IMG/VR virus record: IMGVR_UViG_3300032219_001109
Span: 1 to 26,138 of that record
DNA from: a virus
Lineage: Duplodnaviria; Caudoviricetes
Length of the DNA: 26,138 nt
Strand: one strand, 5' to 3'
How positions within the stretch are numbered: the first letter of the stretch is position 1; the number at the start of each line of letters is the position of its first letter. Positions 22,843-26,138 of the stretch are shown in pieces. The notes beneath the pieces are model-generated. The model did not search any database and was not told the DNA's origin. It was given only the letters and a program-made list of their open reading frames with translations. The translations under genes were made by a program, and so were the position numbers.

Positions 22843-24708
22843 ATGAAATCGTTTTCTCAATTAACAGAAGAAAAACAAAAAAAACTCACGATGTTGTTTG
22901 GTCGTATGAATCCTCCTACCAAAGGGCATGAGGAGAATATCGAGAGCCTAAAGAAAACAGCAGATAAAGAAAATTCTGACCACTTAGTAATTGCATCTCA
23001 TTCACAAGATGCAAAGAAGAATCCTTTATCTCCAGAAACTAAGCTAAAGCATTTAAAACGATCTTTTCCAAATACCAATATTATAACATCAAGCAAAGAG
23101 AAACCTACCATCATGCATCATGCAGCAGATGCTCATGCGAAAGGATATACTCATCTTCATGTTATTGCGGGTGCAGATAGAGTAGATGAGTATAAGAGAT
23201 TATTAAATCACTACAATGGAAAATCTCACGATGAATCTGGTAAACCATTCAAGCATGGTTCATATAATTTTAAGAAAATAACTGTATCTTCATCTGGTGA
23301 GAGAAAGAAAGGTATCTCCGGTACCGATATGCGTAATCATGCACAGAATAATGATTACAAATCGTTCAAGAGCAATCTTTCTTCACATATGCAAAACAAT
23401 GATAAACATGCAAAAGAACTTTTTCATGATGTCCGTAAAGGAATGGGGTTACATGAAAATGTGAATCGTGGCATGTTCAAAGCTATCTTTATTACTGGTG
23501 GACCTGGTTCAGGTAAAGATATTATCATTCGTGAAGGTATCGCAGAACAAAAAGCAGTTGAACTAAGTGCAATTCAAGCATTTGAATATTTGATGGACAA
23601 AAAGAAGTTATCTGAAAGCAGTAAAGACTTCCGTAGAGAAGCTATTCGTAGTCGTGGACCATTAGTGATTAATGGTACAGCAGATAGTATCGATATAATA
23701 TTTACCGTCAAAGAAGAATTAGAAGATATTGGTTATAATACTATGATGGTCTATGTTAATACTTCAAACGAAGTAAGTCGTGAAAGAAACATGGGATTGA
23801 AACGAATGATATCAGAATCTATACGTGAAGATAAATGGAACAAAGCTCAGACAAATAAAATAAAGTTTTACGAGATGTTTCACGATTTCAATCTATTCGA
23901 AAATAATGATAATCTACAAATAGTTGAAGAATCTATGAGTGATGTTTACGAGCATGTAAATGACTTTTTAGATAGAAATACATTAAACGAAACATCAATC
24001 GATTGGTTGATGAGAAATAAGAAATTAAACATCAACGAAAAGGTTTCATTACTATTTAAGGAGCAAGAAAATGCTGAAAATGATTCTAAGTCTATTCAAA
24101 GGTCCAACTTCAGAAGCAAAGGTATCAGAGGACAATACATTGCAGACAACAACGCCCCAGCCATGCAAATTGCCAGAAAAGCAGGAAAAATTGATGACGT
24201 CCGTGACGGAGACGTTGCCAGCAACTCCAGCTACATCTTTAGAGCCTACGAAGGACAAAAGCCCACCCTCAAAATCAACCCGCCCCCAAAAGAAAGCAAC
24301 TTCAGCAAAGACAAAGAAAAAGTAAAGAAAAAAGGTTTGGTTGATTCACCAACTCAAAGTCAACGACTGAGAAATGTGGCAGGATTAGGACCAGAATATG
24401 ATACAAGACAACAAGGTACTGTATATCCTATGTCTGGTTTGGGCGATGTAACATACCGTGAAAATACAGAACTTCCTAAACATAAATATATGAAGGAAGA
24501 CACCGCAGCAGGGCTTCGCATAAGTTTCAATCAATTCAGAGGTCAAAAGACGAATGAAGCAATAGACGATCCCGGTGCTGTAGATATGGGTGTCGGTGGA
24601 GTATTAAACGGTGCTACAAATAAAGAACCCATCCAAACCTACAAAGATGAAGATAAAACAACAGGTTTGTTAATCAAAAAGAATAAGAAACAAAAACAGG
24701 AGAAATAA
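22843..24708 (+). CDS. Cytidylyltransferase-like (HxGH) nucleotidyltransferase fused to a P-loop kinase and a disordered tail
   Basis: FGRMNPPTKGH, KNPLS, AGADR and ISGTDMR, followed by ITGGPGSGKD, INGT and YV.TS.EVSRERN. Confidence 0.85.
   Translation: MKSFSQLTEEKQKKLTMLFGRMNPPTKGHEENIESLKKTADKENSDHLVIASHSQDAKKNPLSPETKLKHLKRSFPNTNIITSSKEKPTIMHHAADAHAKGYTHLHVIAGADRVDEYKRLLNHYNGKSHDESGKPFKHGSYNFKKITVSSSGERKKGISGTDMRNHAQNNDYKSFKSNLSSHMQNNDKHAKELFHDVRKGMGLHENVNRGMFKAIFITGGPGSGKDIIIREGIAEQKAVELSAIQAFEYLMDKKKLSESSKDFRREAIRSRGPLVINGTADSIDIIFTVKEELEDIGYNTMMVYVNTSNEVSRERNMGLKRMISESIREDKWNKAQTNKIKFYEMFHDFNLFENNDNLQIVEESMSDVYEHVNDFLDRNTLNETSIDWLMRNKKLNINEKVSLLFKEQENAENDSKSIQRSNFRSKGIRGQYIADNNAPAMQIARKAGKIDDVRDGDVASNSSYIFRAYEGQKPTLKINPPPKESNFSKDKEKVKKKGLVDSPTQSQRLRNVAGLGPEYDTRQQGTVYPMSGLGDVTYRENTELPKHKYMKEDTAAGLRISFNQFRGQKTNEAIDDPGAVDMGVGGVLNGATNKEPIQTYKDEDKTTGLLIKKNKKQKQEK
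24071..24325 (+). CDS. Probable overprinted 84-aa protein in the +1 frame
   Basis: AAGGAG at 24058-24063, ATG 7 nt later, local switch to C-ending codons in the host frame, and an amphipathic N-terminus with a T/P/S/K-rich tail. Confidence 0.6.
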   Translation: MLKMILSLFKGPTSEAKVSEDNTLQTTTPQPCKLPEKQEKLMTSVTETLPATPATSLEPTKDKSPPSKSTRPQKKATSAKTKKK

Positions 24709-24709
24709 C

Positions 24710-26138
24710 ATGTTTGCTAAAGATAAAGTGTCTCAATCAATGATTGATGCAGTTAATAAAGTTCTTACTACAGAATCAAATATTAAAAAAGAACCAGAAA
24801 AGCTTGATGAAGCTTTCCCTACTGTAGCAGATGCTAAAAAAAGAGCAAGTGAACCAAAACCAAGAGGCGATTCTGGTATTAAGTTAGGAACACGTTATGG
24901 TGGTGGTCGTCAAGCGGATGCTCCTGAAGAAGATGATGATGATGAGCCAAAGAAGAAAGGTCTAACTGGTGCCCATCAAAAACGTAGAACAAACACTAAG
25001 CTTTATAAAGAAGAAGGTTTAGAAGGCAGTAAAAAAGATAAAGAAGAAGATAAAAAACTAGCCAAAAAACATGGCATGACCCTTACGCAATGGGAAAAAT
25101 CTTCTGCTGATAAAAAGCACGACATGGAAGAAGAACTAGTAGGAAAACAGCGTAATATCGATGCGAATAAAAATGGAAAAATTGATGCTCAAGATTTTGA
25201 AATTCTTCGTTCAAAGAAAAAGAAAATGAATGAAGAATCATTCGCTGCTCGTCTAGTAGAGTCGATGTATGGTAAAAAGTCTGCTCTTCCTATGGACGAA
25301 AGAGAAATGACTGATACTGAAACAAAGAAAAAAGAAGAAATTGCCAAAGCAATGAAACGTACACCTGCTGATGTTGAAGATATGAAAAAACGTTATGGTT
25401 CACGTTGGAAAGAAGTTCTATATGCTACTGCTACTAAGAAAGCAATGAAAGAAGCAGAAGAACACAAAGATGAAGATGAAGAAGGTCAACTAGACGAATC
25501 TGTAAATCGTCCTCAACCCAATTTACCATCAATGTCATCTGATGACGCAGTTGCCAATGCACAAAATAGGGTTCAAAGACAAAAAAAATATTTGGAACTT
25601 TTAAAAGCACAAGATAAAACTACAGATTACGAAACACAACGACGTAAAAAAGAAAATCCAATCCCAAAAGAAGATGGTTTTCTACGTAGTCTAAGTATGA
25701 AGAATGAAGCTGCATTTGGTAAAGATAAAGCTTTACTGAAGAAGATGGTAAAAAAATCTGCATTGAAAGAAGAAGAACAGCTAGATGAACGTGCAAAATG
25801 GAGAACATCTAGCATTGCTCATGACACAGGTTATCGTAAAGATGGCGCACATGGTGGCATTGAAAACACAGCCGATACTGGTAAAGAAGATATGTTGAAA
25901 AATAGAGGTCGTGGAATAAGAAGCGGCACTCCACTAACAAAATATGACACAAAAAGTTTGAAAAAAAGCATTACCAAAAATATTGCACAAATGAGAAAAG
26001 AAGAAGCAGAACAGATTGAGGAAGGCGATACACCATACAATGACCAATTATCTTTGCGTGGTGTTACTGCGCCTGGAGCACCAATGGACAATCGTCATGG
26101 ACACAAAAAATCTGGCACAGGTGCATACTTTGGTGGTA
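24710..26138 (+). CDS. Long charged low-complexity probable internal head protein, 3'-truncated and absent from the ORF track
   Basis: AGGAG Shine-Dalgarno, ATG 24710 (MFAKDKVSQSMIDAV...), frame open to the window end. EF-hand-like DANKNGKIDAQD and repeated (Q/K)LDE and MxE motifs. Confidence 0.88.
   Translation, partial: MFAKDKVSQSMIDAVNKVLTTESNIKKEPEKLDEAFPTVADAKKRASEPKPRGDSGIKLGTRYGGGRQADAPEEDDDDEPKKKGLTGAHQKRRTNTKLYKEEGLEGSKKDKEEDKKLAKKHGMTLTQWEKSSADKKHDMEEELVGKQRNIDANKNGKIDAQDFEILRSKKKKMNEESFAARLVESMYGKKSALPMDEREMTDTETKKKEEIAKAMKRTPADVEDMKKRYGSRWKEVLYATATKKAMKEAEEHKDEDEEGQLDESVNRPQPNLPSMSSDDAVANAQNRVQRQKKYLELLKAQDKTTDYETQRRKKENPIPKEDGFLRSLSMKNEAAFGKDKALLKKMVKKSALKEEEQLDERAKWRTSSIAHDTGYRKDGAHGGIENTADTGKEDMLKNRGRGIRSGTPLTKYDTKSLKKSITKNIAQMRKEEAEQIEEGDTPYNDQLSLRGVTAPGAPMDNRHGHKKSGTGAYFGG

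Noticed and set aside
24052-26091. Minus-strand ORFs 24052-24258, 25620-25808, 25627-25815 and 25831-26091
   Set aside because: They are antisense shadows of long plus-strand genes.
1-26138. CRISPR array, transposon, homing endonuclease, or stop-codon recoding
   Set aside because: No regularly spaced repeats and no transposase, HNH or GIY-YIG motifs were seen. No suppressor anticodons are present, and genes are intact in the standard code.

Overview
AT-rich segment of a large T4-like (myovirus-type) phage genome, almost entirely + strand. In order: the 3' part of a metallophosphoesterase gene; an 18-tRNA array (488-3452) interleaved with two non-tRNA structured RNA elements, small ORFs, a YkuK/RNase H-like gene and groES; a minus-strand late membrane-protein gene; a replication/recombination block (small Sm-like protein, gp43 family-B polymerase, coiled-coil membrane protein, UvsX, small ORF, gp41 helicase); a roughly 9 kb late-promoter-preceded cluster of glycosyltransferase-like and nucleotide-sugar genes (including HtrL/YibB, GT9-like, DUF5672 and RfbH/E1); and a late block of probable head-packaged proteins (ligase-fold, nuclease-fold, nucleotidyltransferase-kinase fusion, and a long charged ORF running off the end). 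The most interesting signals are the roughly 210-nt multi-stem RNA inside the tRNA array, a 20-bp stem element that sequesters the tRNA-Lys CCA, a probable overprinted +1-frame gene with its own Shine-Dalgarno site and codon footprint, and the capsid-targeted enzyme set with repeated prohead-protease-like sites. All family calls come from motif recognition by eye, not database searches.
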